A DNA stretch of 33,140 nt from Abditibacteriaceae bacterium (lineage in GTDB: Bacteria; Armatimonadota; Abditibacteriia; Abditibacteriales; Abditibacteriaceae). Shown here piece after piece: positions 7,951 to 16,272 of the stretch (position 1 is the first letter of the stretch; every line of letters begins with the position of its first letter). The translations under genes were made by a program, and so were the position numbers. The stretch is taken from the NCBI GenBank assembly GCA_031425655.1, contig JANPJS010000253.1:1-33140 (forward strand), read 5' to 3'. The notes below the pieces were generated by a model that was not told the origin of the DNA, ran no database searches, and saw only the letters and a list, made by a program, of their open reading frames with translations.

Positions 7951-9063
7951 ATGAAAACCATCGTTGTTAAAATCGGCACCAGCACGCTCGTGAAGCGCGG
8001 CGTGGTGGACGAAGAATATATTGCGGGCATCGCGCGGCAAGTCGAGCAGTTGCAGCGTAGCGGGCATCGTGTGGTGATTGTCACATCGGGCGCGGTGCGA
8101 TTGGGCCTTGACACCATCGGACGCGAACGCGCCGTGCGCTTGCCCGAAAAACAAGCGGCGGCGGCCATCGGGCAAAGCCTGCTCATGCGCGCTTATCGCC
8201 GCGCTTTCAACGAGGTCAATCTGCACGTCGCGCAGCTTTTGCTAACGCGCTCCGACATCTCCGACCGGCGCCGCTTTCTCAACGCGCGCCACACCATGAC
8301 GCAGCTTTTCGAGTGGAACGTGGTGCCGATTGTCAACGAAAACGACACGGTCGCCGTCGAGGAAATCCATTTCGGCGATAACGACACTTTAGCCGCCTTA
8401 ACCGCTTTAGTCGCCGAAGCTGAGATTTGTCTGCTTTTGTCGGACGTGGACGGCTTTTATCTGCCCGGCGAAAAAACGCCGATTTCGCGCGTTGAACGCA
8501 TCACGAAGGAAATCGAAGCCGCAGCCGGCGGGGCGGGAACCGTTGGCGGCACGGGCGGAATGCGCACCAAAATCGAAGCCGCGCGCATCGCCATGCACGC
8601 CGGTATCGAACTCGTGATCGCGCACGGACGCGCCGACGCGATTCTGCGCCGCGTCGCCGAAGGCGAAGCTATCGGCACCCATTTTCTGCCGCGCGCCGGG
8701 CTACGCGGGCGCAAACGCTGGATCGCTTTCGGACGCAGCGCGCAAGGCACTTTAGTTTTAAACGAACGCGCGCGTTCGGCGCTGATCGAAAACGGCTCGT
8801 CGCTTTTGCCCGTCGGCATTATCGAAGTGCAGGGCCAATTCGAGCCGGGCGCCTTAGTTTCCATCCGCGACGGCGCCGGCGAATACGCGCGCGGCCTGAC
8901 CAATTATTCGGCGGACGATTTGCGGCGCATCGCCGGATTGCATTCCTCGAAAATCGCCCACGCTTTAGAACGCGCCGATTTCAAAGAAGCGATTCACCGC
9001 GATAATTTGACGCTTTTAGAGAAGCCGGAAGTCAGAAGTCAGAAGTCAGAAGGAGATGTATGA
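7951..9063 (+). CDS. proB: Glutamate 5-kinase
   Basis: IVVKIGTS, VTSGAV, KQAAAAIGQ, NENDTV..FGDNDTL, GTGGMRTK, C-terminal PUA domain; start at ATG 7951. Confidence 0.97.
   Translation: MKTIVVKIGTSTLVKRGVVDEEYIAGIARQVEQLQRSGHRVVIVTSGAVRLGLDTIGRERAVRLPEKQAAAAIGQSLLMRAYRRAFNEVNLHVAQLLLTRSDISDRRRFLNARHTMTQLFEWNVVPIVNENDTVAVEEIHFGDNDTLAALTALVAEAEICLLLSDVDGFYLPGEKTPISRVERITKEIEAAAGGAGTVGGTGGMRTKIEAARIAMHAGIELVIAHGRADAILRRVAEGEAIGTHFLPRAGLRGRKRWIAFGRSAQGTLVLNERARSALIENGSSLLPVGIIEVQGQFEPGALVSIRDGAGEYARGLTNYSADDLRRIAGLHSSKIAHALERADFKEAIHRDNLTLLEKPEVRSQKSEGDV
9020..9054 (+). repeat. Heptamer AGAAGTC tandem repeat, left arm of four-helix-bundle cassette
   Basis: AGAAGCC GGAAGTC AGAAGTC AGAAGTC AGAAGGA; ends in the AAGGAG SD of the next gene. 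Confidence 0.9.
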
Positions 9064-9416
9064 CTGCCCGGAGCTTTCAAGATTTGGAAGTTTGGAAAAA
9101 GGCTCATTTTGGGGTGTTGGGCGTTTATCGGTTCAGCGAGACTTTTCCTAAACAAGAAATGTTTGGGCTGACTTCTCAACTTCGCCGTGCTGCGGTTTCT
9201 GTTCCGGCAAATATCGCAGAAGGCTTCAAAAAACAAGGTAAAGCCGACAAAGTTCGCTTTTATAACATTGCTCAAGGCTCGTTAGAGGAATGCCGCTATT
9301 ACTTGATTTTGAGCCGAGATTTGGCATATGGTGACAGCGGCGCGCTAACTCTTCAACTCGAAGAAATCAGCCGAATGCTTGATGCTTATATTCGAGTCAT
9401 TCGTTCCGATTTCTGA
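9060..9416 (+). CDS. Four helix bundle protein (23S rRNA-IVP / TIGR02436-like)
   Basis: SFQDLEVWKKAH, FPKQEMFGLTSQLRRAAVSVPANIAEG, IAQGSLEE; more AT-rich than its neighbours. Confidence 0.95.
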   Translation: MTARSFQDLEVWKKAHFGVLGVYRFSETFPKQEMFGLTSQLRRAAVSVPANIAEGFKKQGKADKVRFYNIAQGSLEECRYYLILSRDLAYGDSGALTLQLEEISRMLDAYIRVIRSDF

Positions 9417-9435
9417 TTTCTGATTTCTGATTTCT
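9404..9435 (+). repeat. Heptamer GATTTCT x4, right arm of four-helix-bundle cassette
   Basis: GATTTCT at 9408, 9415, 9422 and 9429; pairs with the left arm through G.U. Confidence 0.9.
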
Positions 9436-9440
9436 TCCTC

Positions 9441-10211
9441 ATGCGCCGCGCTTTTACTCTCATCGAATTGCTTGTCGTCATCGCGATCATCGCATTGCTG
9501 GCGGCGATTTTGTTTCCCGTCTTCGCCCGCGCGCGCGAAAACGCGCGTAAATCGAGCTGCGCCAATAACCTCAAGCAAATCGGGCTGGGATTGCTTCAAT
9601 ACACGCAGGATTTCGATGAAGTGACCACGTTTTCGTTTTACGGCACGCCGGGAGATTCCAACAACGCGGGCAATTATAAATGGATGGATGCCATTTATCC
9701 TTATGTGAAAAACGAGCAGTTGTTCACCTGTCCCAGCGACAACGCGGCCAACCGGCGCTACGTCTGGCATCGCCGCATTACGGCCAGCGACGCCAACCCC
9801 GGCAAAGATTACGGCAGCTACGGCTTAAACGGCGCTTATGGCGCAGCCGGCGACAGTCAAACGCCGCCGCGCTCGTCCGCCGCGTATTTGGTGCCGTTGT
9901 CCAACATCGCGGTGCCATCGCAAACCGCGTGGGTAACCGACAACAACAATGCGATCAGCACAAGCAATCCCGGCGGTTCGCAGGGCTTTTTCTGGACGAA
10001 TGCGGGGGCGAATCCGCCCATCAGCAGCACGTCACCGCGCCAATTGAACAACATCGTCGAACGCCATCTGGAATCTGTGAACACGCTGTTTTGCGACGGC
10101 CACGTCAAATCGCTCAAACTGGACGAGATGGCGCGCAAAAAAACTTTATTCGACCCACTGGATAGCGCCACCAAAGATGTCATGACGCTCTTCACCATTG
10201 AAAACGACTGA
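9441..10211 (+). CDS. DUF1559 prepilin-type N-terminal cleavage/methylation protein with H-X9-DG C-terminus
   Basis: [59 protein letters not shown]. Confidence 0.95.
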   Translation: MRRAFTLIELLVVIAIIALLAAILFPVFARARENARKSSCANNLKQIGLGLLQYTQDFDEVTTFSFYGTPGDSNNAGNYKWMDAIYPYVKNEQLFTCPSDNAANRRYVWHRRITASDANPGKDYGSYGLNGAYGAAGDSQTPPRSSAAYLVPLSNIAVPSQTAWVTDNNNAISTSNPGGSQGFFWTNAGANPPISSTSPRQLNNIVERHLESVNTLFCDGHVKSLKLDEMARKKTLFDPLDSATKDVMTLFTIEND

Positions 10212-10216
10212 TTTCG

Positions 10217-10324
10217 AGTGACGAACTACGAGTGACGAGTGTCGAGTAATGAGGCCGAATCAAAAATGACGAATCCGCGCGCCGTTACTGAACACTCGTA
10301 ATTCGTCACTCGTAATTCGTCACT
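10217..10324. repeat. Heptamer (ACGAGTG/ACGAATT) tandem-inverted hairpin
   Basis: AGTGACGAACTACGAGTGACGAGTGTCGAGTA (10217-10248) vs CACTCGTAATTCGTCACTCGTAATTCGTCACT (10293-10324). Confidence 0.9.
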
Positions 10325-10329
10325 TTCCT

Positions 10330-13188
10330 ATGTTTCGCCGCTTATCCTTCAAACGCGCGCTTCGCTTTGCACGCCGCAAAGCGCGGCGGGCGGGCGCCAA
10401 TTTGTGGCTGTGGGCCGTGCCCGAACTCAATCCGTTTTTGCGAAAAGCGTTGCGCATCGAGGCGCGCCGAAAGCGTCCGTTTTTTACCGTCGCCGGCCTG
10501 ATGATCGCCATGCTGCTGGTCAACGGCGGTCTGTGGTGGTTTTGGAACATCCTGCACGACCAGTTTCCGCGCGAGTTAAATCCATTCGGCGAACGCTATT
10601 TACTCCCCGGATTTTTAGGCGGCAATGTGATCGGCGGCGTGGCGATTTTCACTCTGGCGTGCTGCGCAACCGCTGTTTTTCTGACCTGTGGCACGCACGC
10701 CGCGCAGATTTTGCGCGAAGAAGTGCTGGGCGGCACGCTGGAACAATTGCAACTGCTGCCGCAACGCGAAGAACGCTGGCTGTGGATGATGCGCGCCCAC
10801 AAAACGGCGCTCTCGCTACTAATTTTCGCGTGCGGACTGCCCATTTTCAGCTTGGCCGTTTTCACCGCACATTGGTCAGTTTGGGATATTTTCGGGCTGC
10901 TGCTGATTTTCGTTTGCATCGGGCACACGGCGCCGATTTGGATGCCGTTGCAGTGGCAGGTCAAACAAAATCAAGGACGCCGCTTCGATTGGAAAGCGTG
11001 GCAGGAAGCCGTCAAATTGTCGCAGCGCGAAAACGCCGATCTCGCCAAAAGCTCGCTGGCCGGCCAACTCGAAGCGCAGCGGCGCTTGAGTAAAGTCTGG
11101 GATAACCTCGACGAGAAGGAGACCGGCGCGCCTGATGAAAATCCCAAAAAAACAGTGGGATTCTTTAACGTGACGCAGCGCAACAACGCGCAAGGCGGCA
11201 ATTGGTGGATGATTTTCGTGGGTTTGCAGATGCTCAACCCGATCATCCAAATCTTATCGCGTGCGCCGGGCAGCCCGCTCAGTGTGCTGTGGAGCAATCT
11301 CAAAGCAGCCTTGCCGCCCGAAGTGCTGACTTTAGCGCCCGGTTTCCTCGTGACATGGCCGCTGCTGCTGGAAAAAATTCTGCGCGCTCCCCTGCCGTTT
11401 TTCGCCTTCGCTTTGCCGCCGCTTGTGATTTGTGTGCCTCTCTGGCTGGCGCGCCAATATTTGGGCAACATGACTTTAGCCGCCAGTGTTTCGCTGGGCG
11501 AAACCTTCTGGAATCCGCGCCGCGTGCGGACACGCAAAATCGCCGCGACGGTCAGCGCGCTGTGCTTTTTTCTCTTGATTTTTGGCTACGGCTGGCAAAC
11601 CCTGATTCCCGACGCCACGCTGGCCGCCGTTCTTCGCAGCGCGCCTTTAAAGCCGCATCCTTTAACGCCGATTTGGTCGCTGGCCGCGCTGTGGACATTG
11701 CTGCTCATCGTCGCCACTATCGTAGGCGGCAACGCGCAGGAAGCGCCTTTCAAACGCGCGCAAAGTGCCGAATCTTCCGCCGCGCAAGCCGTGCGGCAAG
11801 CGTTTTTTATCATGCCGCGCGCATTGGCGTTAGCAGTCGCGGCCTATTTCGTGTGTTGTCTGCTCGGAGCGCATAACGGCGCGAATTCCCTGTTTTGGCA
11901 GCGATTGGCGCCCACGACGATGACCGCTTTGGCCTTCTGGCTGGCCGATTTCAGTGCCGGCGCATTGTTATTGGCTTTGCCCGCAGCGCAGCGCGGTTTC
12001 TGGCGTGCGCTGCGCTTTTTGTGGTTCTACGGTTTGCTGCTGGCGGCTCTGGCTCATGGCCTCGCCGGGGCCATCGAAGACGTGTCGTTTTCCTTCGCGC
12101 GGGCGCCTTACGTTATGCTTTCGCCTTTCGTGACGCTGTTTGCCCTGCTCCGCACCGACCTCAACTCCGGCGTCCCGTGGCTGACAGCCATTGTCGGGCA
12201 ACTGCTACTGGCGCTGCTTTGCTTCGGATTGGCGGCGCGAAAAATTTATGGCACTGAACCACGCGCAGGAGCGCAAACCGAGGCCGTGACAAGCGGTTTG
12301 CCGTTGCCGCTGCGTTGGATTAGCGATGCCGTTGTCGCGTTTTGGCGCGGCATCGCGGCTTTTTTCAACGGCATCGGCGAGCTTTCGCGGCGTGCTGAAA
12401 ATGGCGTAGTGCGTTGGAGTGCGCGCTGGGGCAACCCCGTTATCAACGACGAAGTAAAGCGCCGTGTGCGCCGTGAACACTGGCCGGCTGTATGGCTGCT
12501 GCTGCCGCTGTCGGGCGCGCTGTTGTGGTGGCAGGCCGAGTGGTTTGGCGGCACCGCGTTTGGGACGCCGCGCCCCGAAGTCGCGGGAGTTACGTTATTT
12601 CTCGCAGGTATTGTCGCGTTTCTCAGCGCGTTGCGGCTTGGCTCGGCTTTCGACCGCGACCGCGCTAACGGCACCTTAGTTTTTCTGTTTCTCACGCCGC
12701 TGACCGAAACCCAAATCGCCACAGGAAAATTGGTGGCCGGGTTGATTTTCAGCTTCGGACTCTTGCTTGGCGCACTGCCATTTTTAGCCGTAGCGACGCT
12801 TTTGCAGTGGTTCAGCGGCGATTTTCTGCTGCCCTTTTACTGGCTACTCGCGCTGATTTTTATCTTCACGGCACTGATGTATTTTTCCCATGTAAACCTG
12901 CTCTGCGCCGTGCTGTCCCGCAAGCCGACGCAAGGCACCGGTAACGGCCTCGTAGTCACCATGTTTAGCCAAATGCTGCTGGCCGGCACGCCTCTTTTCG
13001 CGGCGTGGATCGTTGAAAAATTCACCGGCCACTTCCCATGGGACAACGATACCGGCCCGGTTCTGCTGGTTTTATGGGTGTGGCTGGCCAACCTGACATT
13101 AACCGTCTTCGCTTGGCGTTTCACGATTAAGGCGCTGCGCAAACAGCGTTATGCCGACGATGTCACGCGCGGCAAAGGCGCTTCGTAA
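10330..13188 (+). CDS. Large polytopic membrane protein with two ABC-2-permease-like modules
   Basis: Many TM segments; NPFLRKALR...REEVLGGTLEQLQLLP and NPVINDEVKRR...RDRANGTLVFLFLTPL...GKL repeats. Confidence 0.75.
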   Translation: MFRRLSFKRALRFARRKARRAGANLWLWAVPELNPFLRKALRIEARRKRPFFTVAGLMIAMLLVNGGLWWFWNILHDQFPRELNPFGERYLLPGFLGGNVIGGVAIFTLACCATAVFLTCGTHAAQILREEVLGGTLEQLQLLPQREERWLWMMRAHKTALSLLIFACGLPIFSLAVFTAHWSVWDIFGLLLIFVCIGHTAPIWMPLQWQVKQNQGRRFDWKAWQEAVKLSQRENADLAKSSLAGQLEAQRRLSKVWDNLDEKETGAPDENPKKTVGFFNVTQRNNAQGGNWWMIFVGLQMLNPIIQILSRAPGSPLSVLWSNLKAALPPEVLTLAPGFLVTWPLLLEKILRAPLPFFAFALPPLVICVPLWLARQYLGNMTLAASVSLGETFWNPRRVRTRKIAATVSALCFFLLIFGYGWQTLIPDATLAAVLRSAPLKPHPLTPIWSLAALWTLLLIVATIVGGNAQEAPFKRAQSAESSAAQAVRQAFFIMPRALALAVAAYFVCCLLGAHNGANSLFWQRLAPTTMTALAFWLADFSAGALLLALPAAQRGFWRALRFLWFYGLLLAALAHGLAGAIEDVSFSFARAPYVMLSPFVTLFALLRTDLNSGVPWLTAIVGQLLLALLCFGLAARKIYGTEPRAGAQTEAVTSGLPLPLRWISDAVVAFWRGIAAFFNGIGELSRRAENGVVRWSARWGNPVINDEVKRRVRREHWPAVWLLLPLSGALLWWQAEWFGGTAFGTPRPEVAGVTLFLAGIVAFLSALRLGSAFDRDRANGTLVFLFLTPLTETQIATGKLVAGLIFSFGLLLGALPFLAVATLLQWFSGDFLLPFYWLLALIFIFTALMYFSHVNLLCAVLSRKPTQGTGNGLVVTMFSQMLLAGTPLFAAWIVEKFTGHFPWDNDTGPVLLVLWVWLANLTLTVFAWRFTIKALRKQRYADDVTRGKGAS

Positions 13189-13324
13189 CTATCATTTCTT
13201 ACTTCAGTCCGACCATTTCTTGTTGCGTCATGCGATGAAAACGACGTGCTAAGCACATAGGAATACTGCCCACCGTCTCTAAAAAGCAACCACAGCGACC
13301 ACACAAGGTCAAATGCAAGAGTTT

Positions 13325-13560
13325 TAGGAAGCTGTCTGAGAAGTGTCATTAATCCTGAGTTGAGTTGCTTTTTAATAGGACGCGGAGCTTCGCTTCACGG
13401 AAACGGCTTTGGTTTTCGCGGTTTTACAGAAAAATGTCAAAAATCCGCGAAAATCCGCGCATGAAATCGGGGCGCCCGCTTGCGGGTCGGGAAGCGAAGC
13501 TCCGCGTCCCCTTAAAAGTCTTTGGTGTTAATCTGCAACGAATTCTCAGACAGTTTTTAA
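13325..13560. mobile_element. Putative MITE with nested 19-bp inverted repeat
   Basis: Termini CTGTCTGAGAA (13332-13342) / TTCTCAGACAG (13543-13553); internal perfect IR GGACGCGGAGCTTCGCTTC (13378-13396) / GAAGCGAAGCTCCGCGTCC (13491-13509). Confidence 0.65.
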
Positions 13561-13570
13561 GGGTTTATCC

Positions 13571-15106
13571 ATGAAGAAACATTTTATCGCACGAGGCTGG
13601 CGCTGCACTATCACTTGCGTAGCGCTGGGTTCCATTGGCGCCACAACCTTGATCGGGTTGGCACAAGACGCTCCACCGCCCTTTGGTGTTGCCAAGCCGG
13701 CACCCTTACCGCCCGCAGCGCCCGTAGTGCCCATAGCGCCCGTTGCCCCTCCTACCTTTTCGCCTGCTGTGGCGCAACACCCGTGCGTTGCGCCGCTGCC
13801 CGGCTTGCTCGTTTGGCTTCCGGGCGAAGAAAAATCCGACGATATTTTCGCCAATAAAGTGCTAATGGACGAGAGTGTCACTTTTGCGCCGGGCAAGGTG
13901 GGACAAGCCTTCAGCCTGCGCGGAGCGGGCTTAAAAATTCCAGCCTCGCCCAAACTCGATGTCGGCACCGGGGCCGGATTCACCCTCGAAACATGGATTA
14001 ACCCAAGCGATGTGCAGCCTCAGCACCCTATTTTCGATTTCAACAACGGAACGGATTTCGGGGTTCATCTGTGGATTTTCAGCTTGAATCGCACTCCGGG
14101 AATGCTTTATGCCAACTTTATGGATACCGCCGGCGTTGCGCATATTATCACCACACAGGCGGAGGCGGTAAAAGCCGGTGAGTGGCAGCATATCGCCATG
14201 ACATATGACAAAAAAACCGGCGTGGGTGCCGTCTACGTTAACGGACTTCCTGCGGCGCAGCAAAATATAGGACAATTCCGCCCTCAAACGACGTATGACC
14301 TGATTTTAGGTTATCGTCCCGGCGGGCTGGGCAAAGGAATGCGTTATAGCGGGTTAATGGACGAAGTCAGTGTTTACAACCGCCCTTTAGCGGAAACTGA
14401 AATCCGTTCCATCGTCCAAGCCGGGATTTCCGGCAAATGCAATCCTCAAAACGTAAAAGTCGCCGCCCCGGCCATCGCAGTCAAGTCAACACCGACGCCG
14501 GTGCCGACACCGACTCCCACACCTCTGCCCAAGCCGACTCCCACCTTGATTCCAGCCATTAAGTTGCGCCAACCTCTGGCAGCGTTCACATTCGCTACGG
14601 GAAAAGAGATTAACACCGACTTAGCCACTAAGATTACAGATAGCTTGACGGAGGCACTTCGTCAAACCGGTGTGATAGTTAAGCCGCGCCAACATCTGGA
14701 TCGTGTGTTTGGAACATTGGCCGGCGAGAATCCGACCGTGCCTGCCGATAAAGTGAAACCAACAAGCCCGGCAACGGCGGCTGATTCCACCTCCGGCAGT
14801 GAATTGCTCGCTCCTGCGCTACGCGATGCCGCGTTACGAAGGCGTGCAGCCCAGCAGATGACGGCGACCACCATTCTTTGGGGCGAAGTTCAACAAATTG
14901 CGGTCGCTAAAGGCCAAACGGCACGATTGACGTTCGTAGTAAGGCTCATTGACGTGGTTAGCGGTGTCGCAGCGCCAGAAGTGGTCGTGTCGGAAAGTCT
15001 CGCCGAAGAGACGGTCATCGCTTCACCGGAGGAAGCTACAGCCCAATTAGTGACTAAAGGTGTCGCTGCCGCTGCCGCACGAATAAAACCACTGCTCTCG
15101 AATTGA
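13571..15106 (+). CDS. Secreted LamG-like jellyroll protein with Pro/Thr linker and C-terminal CsgG/TolB-N-like domain
   Basis: Signal peptide; GKVGQAF, FTLETWINP, WQHIAMTYD, YVNG, GLMDEVSVYNRPL; PTPTP linker; C-terminal ILWGEV..VRLIDVVSG. Confidence 0.8.
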   Translation: MKKHFIARGWRCTITCVALGSIGATTLIGLAQDAPPPFGVAKPAPLPPAAPVVPIAPVAPPTFSPAVAQHPCVAPLPGLLVWLPGEEKSDDIFANKVLMDESVTFAPGKVGQAFSLRGAGLKIPASPKLDVGTGAGFTLETWINPSDVQPQHPIFDFNNGTDFGVHLWIFSLNRTPGMLYANFMDTAGVAHIITTQAEAVKAGEWQHIAMTYDKKTGVGAVYVNGLPAAQQNIGQFRPQTTYDLILGYRPGGLGKGMRYSGLMDEVSVYNRPLAETEIRSIVQAGISGKCNPQNVKVAAPAIAVKSTPTPVPTPTPTPLPKPTPTLIPAIKLRQPLAAFTFATGKEINTDLATKITDSLTEALRQTGVIVKPRQHLDRVFGTLAGENPTVPADKVKPTSPATAADSTSGSELLAPALRDAALRRRAAQQMTATTILWGEVQQIAVAKGQTARLTFVVRLIDVVSGVAAPEVVVSESLAEETVIASPEEATAQLVTKGVAAAAARIKPLLSN

Positions 15107-15166
15107 TACTCGATAAATGAACGGATGTTTCACATGAAACATCCGTTCATTTATCGAGTATCAATT
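15101..15166. repeat. 66-bp palindrome (perfect 32-bp arms) centred on parS
   Basis: AATTGATACTCGATAAATGAACGGATGTTTCA-CA-TGAAACATCCGTTCATTTATCGAGTATCAATT. Confidence 0.95.
15126..15141. promoter_or_regulatory. parS site 1
   Basis: TGTTTCACATGAAACA, one mismatch to consensus TGTTTCACGTGAAACA; upstream of parAB. Confidence 0.93.
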
Positions 15167-15210
15167 GTTTCCGCAACTTTTCCCGCAACTACTTCCGCTT
15201 GAGGATTTTT

Positions 15211-15226
15211 TGTTTCATGTGAAACA
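15211..15226. promoter_or_regulatory. parS site 2
   Basis: TGTTTCATGTGAAACA (reverse complement of site 1). Confidence 0.93.
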
Positions 15227-15383
15227 AACTCTTTCTTCAGCCGCTTTTAACGAAATGATGCTGAGCTGCGTTGTGTGATGCCACGCGATTCCGATTACAC
15301 TTGCAGTGTCGAATACAGCGTCGAATATTTTATCGGCAAAGCATCCTGAATTTGCAGCTTTGAACGTGCCTTATCGGAAATTA

Positions 15384-16259
15384 ATGGCGATTATCTCAGT
15401 CGTAAATCAGAAAGGTGGCGTCGGCAAGACCACTACGGCGGTCAATCTGGCCGTGAGTCTGGCCCAATGGGGCCAACCTACCCTATTGCTGGACTTAGAC
15501 CCTCAAGGCAACGCGACCAGCGGAGTTGGGCTACATCATATTCCCTCGCCGACGCTTTACGATGCCTTAATCACTCAACATCGCTTACAGTGGAATGGCC
15601 CAACCACTGGTATCAATGAAGCAAGCGGTGAGCAGGCTCACGATGAGCAGACTCAATCTATTACTCCCGCTGCTGCCGATGGGCCGGTTCCCAGACTATC
15701 TATTATAGGAGCCGCGCCAGAGTTGGCCGGCTCCGAAGTAGAACTTCAAGGCAACCCGCGCCGCGATGATTTGAAGAGGGTGATTTCAACACTCCGCCAG
15801 CAATATCCTCTGATTATCATAGATACGCCGCCTTCGTTATCACTTTTAACTGTCAACTCGTTGGTCGCAGCCGAGCAACTCATCATTCCCGTGCAGTGTG
15901 AATATTATGCGCTGGAAGGCTTGGGGCAACTGCTTCGCACCTTGGAGCGTATCAAGAGGAGTTTAAATCCTAATTTGCGTGTCATGGGATTAGTGCGCAC
16001 TATGTTCGATGCGCGCCTCGGTCTCAGCACTCAAGTTTCGCAGGAAATCGTGCGCCATTTTCCCCAGCTATTGTTTCAAACTATTATCCCTCGTAACGTG
16101 CGCTTAGCGGAGGCTCCCAGTCATGGACTGCCGGTAGCACTTTATGACCGGCGCTCACCCGGCGCCGATTCTTATCGTAGGCTCGCGTTAGAGGTTTTAG
16201 ATCGCTGCGGACTACAGCCCGAACTCACTTCACAAAGCAAACGCGGTCTGTTTAAATAG
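15384..16259 (+). CDS. parA: Chromosome partitioning ATPase ParA/Soj
   Basis: NQKGGVGKTTT, DLDPQGNATSG, IDTPPSL, PVQCEYYALEGL, IPRNVRLAEAPSHG; start at ATG 15384. Confidence 0.97.
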   Translation: MAIISVVNQKGGVGKTTTAVNLAVSLAQWGQPTLLLDLDPQGNATSGVGLHHIPSPTLYDALITQHRLQWNGPTTGINEASGEQAHDEQTQSITPAAADGPVPRLSIIGAAPELAGSEVELQGNPRRDDLKRVISTLRQQYPLIIIDTPPSLSLLTVNSLVAAEQLIIPVQCEYYALEGLGQLLRTLERIKRSLNPNLRVMGLVRTMFDARLGLSTQVSQEIVRHFPQLLFQTIIPRNVRLAEAPSHGLPVALYDRRSPGADSYRRLALEVLDRCGLQPELTSQSKRGLFK

Positions 16260-16272
16260 GGAGCTTAATTTT

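Noticed and set aside
9060..9416. Four-helix-bundle gene as Avd of a diversity-generating retroelement
   Set aside because: No reverse transcriptase and no TR/VR pair with adenine-specific mismatches seen in the window.
10217..10324. Heptamer arrays (here and at other loci) as CRISPR arrays
   Set aside because: Units are 7-8 nt, contiguous and inverted, with no unique spacers and no cas genes.
13149..13349. 66-aa minus-strand ORF
   Set aside because: Starts inside the MITE end, overlaps the neighbouring gene's 3' end, and has no recognisable features.
13565..13573. TTATCCATG as a DnaA box / oriC near parAB
   Set aside because: Two mismatches to TTATCCACA, isolated, with no box cluster or dnaA.
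14488..14545. Pro-Thr repeat as a DNA repeat element
   Set aside because: Synonymous codons vary; it is an ordinary protein linker.
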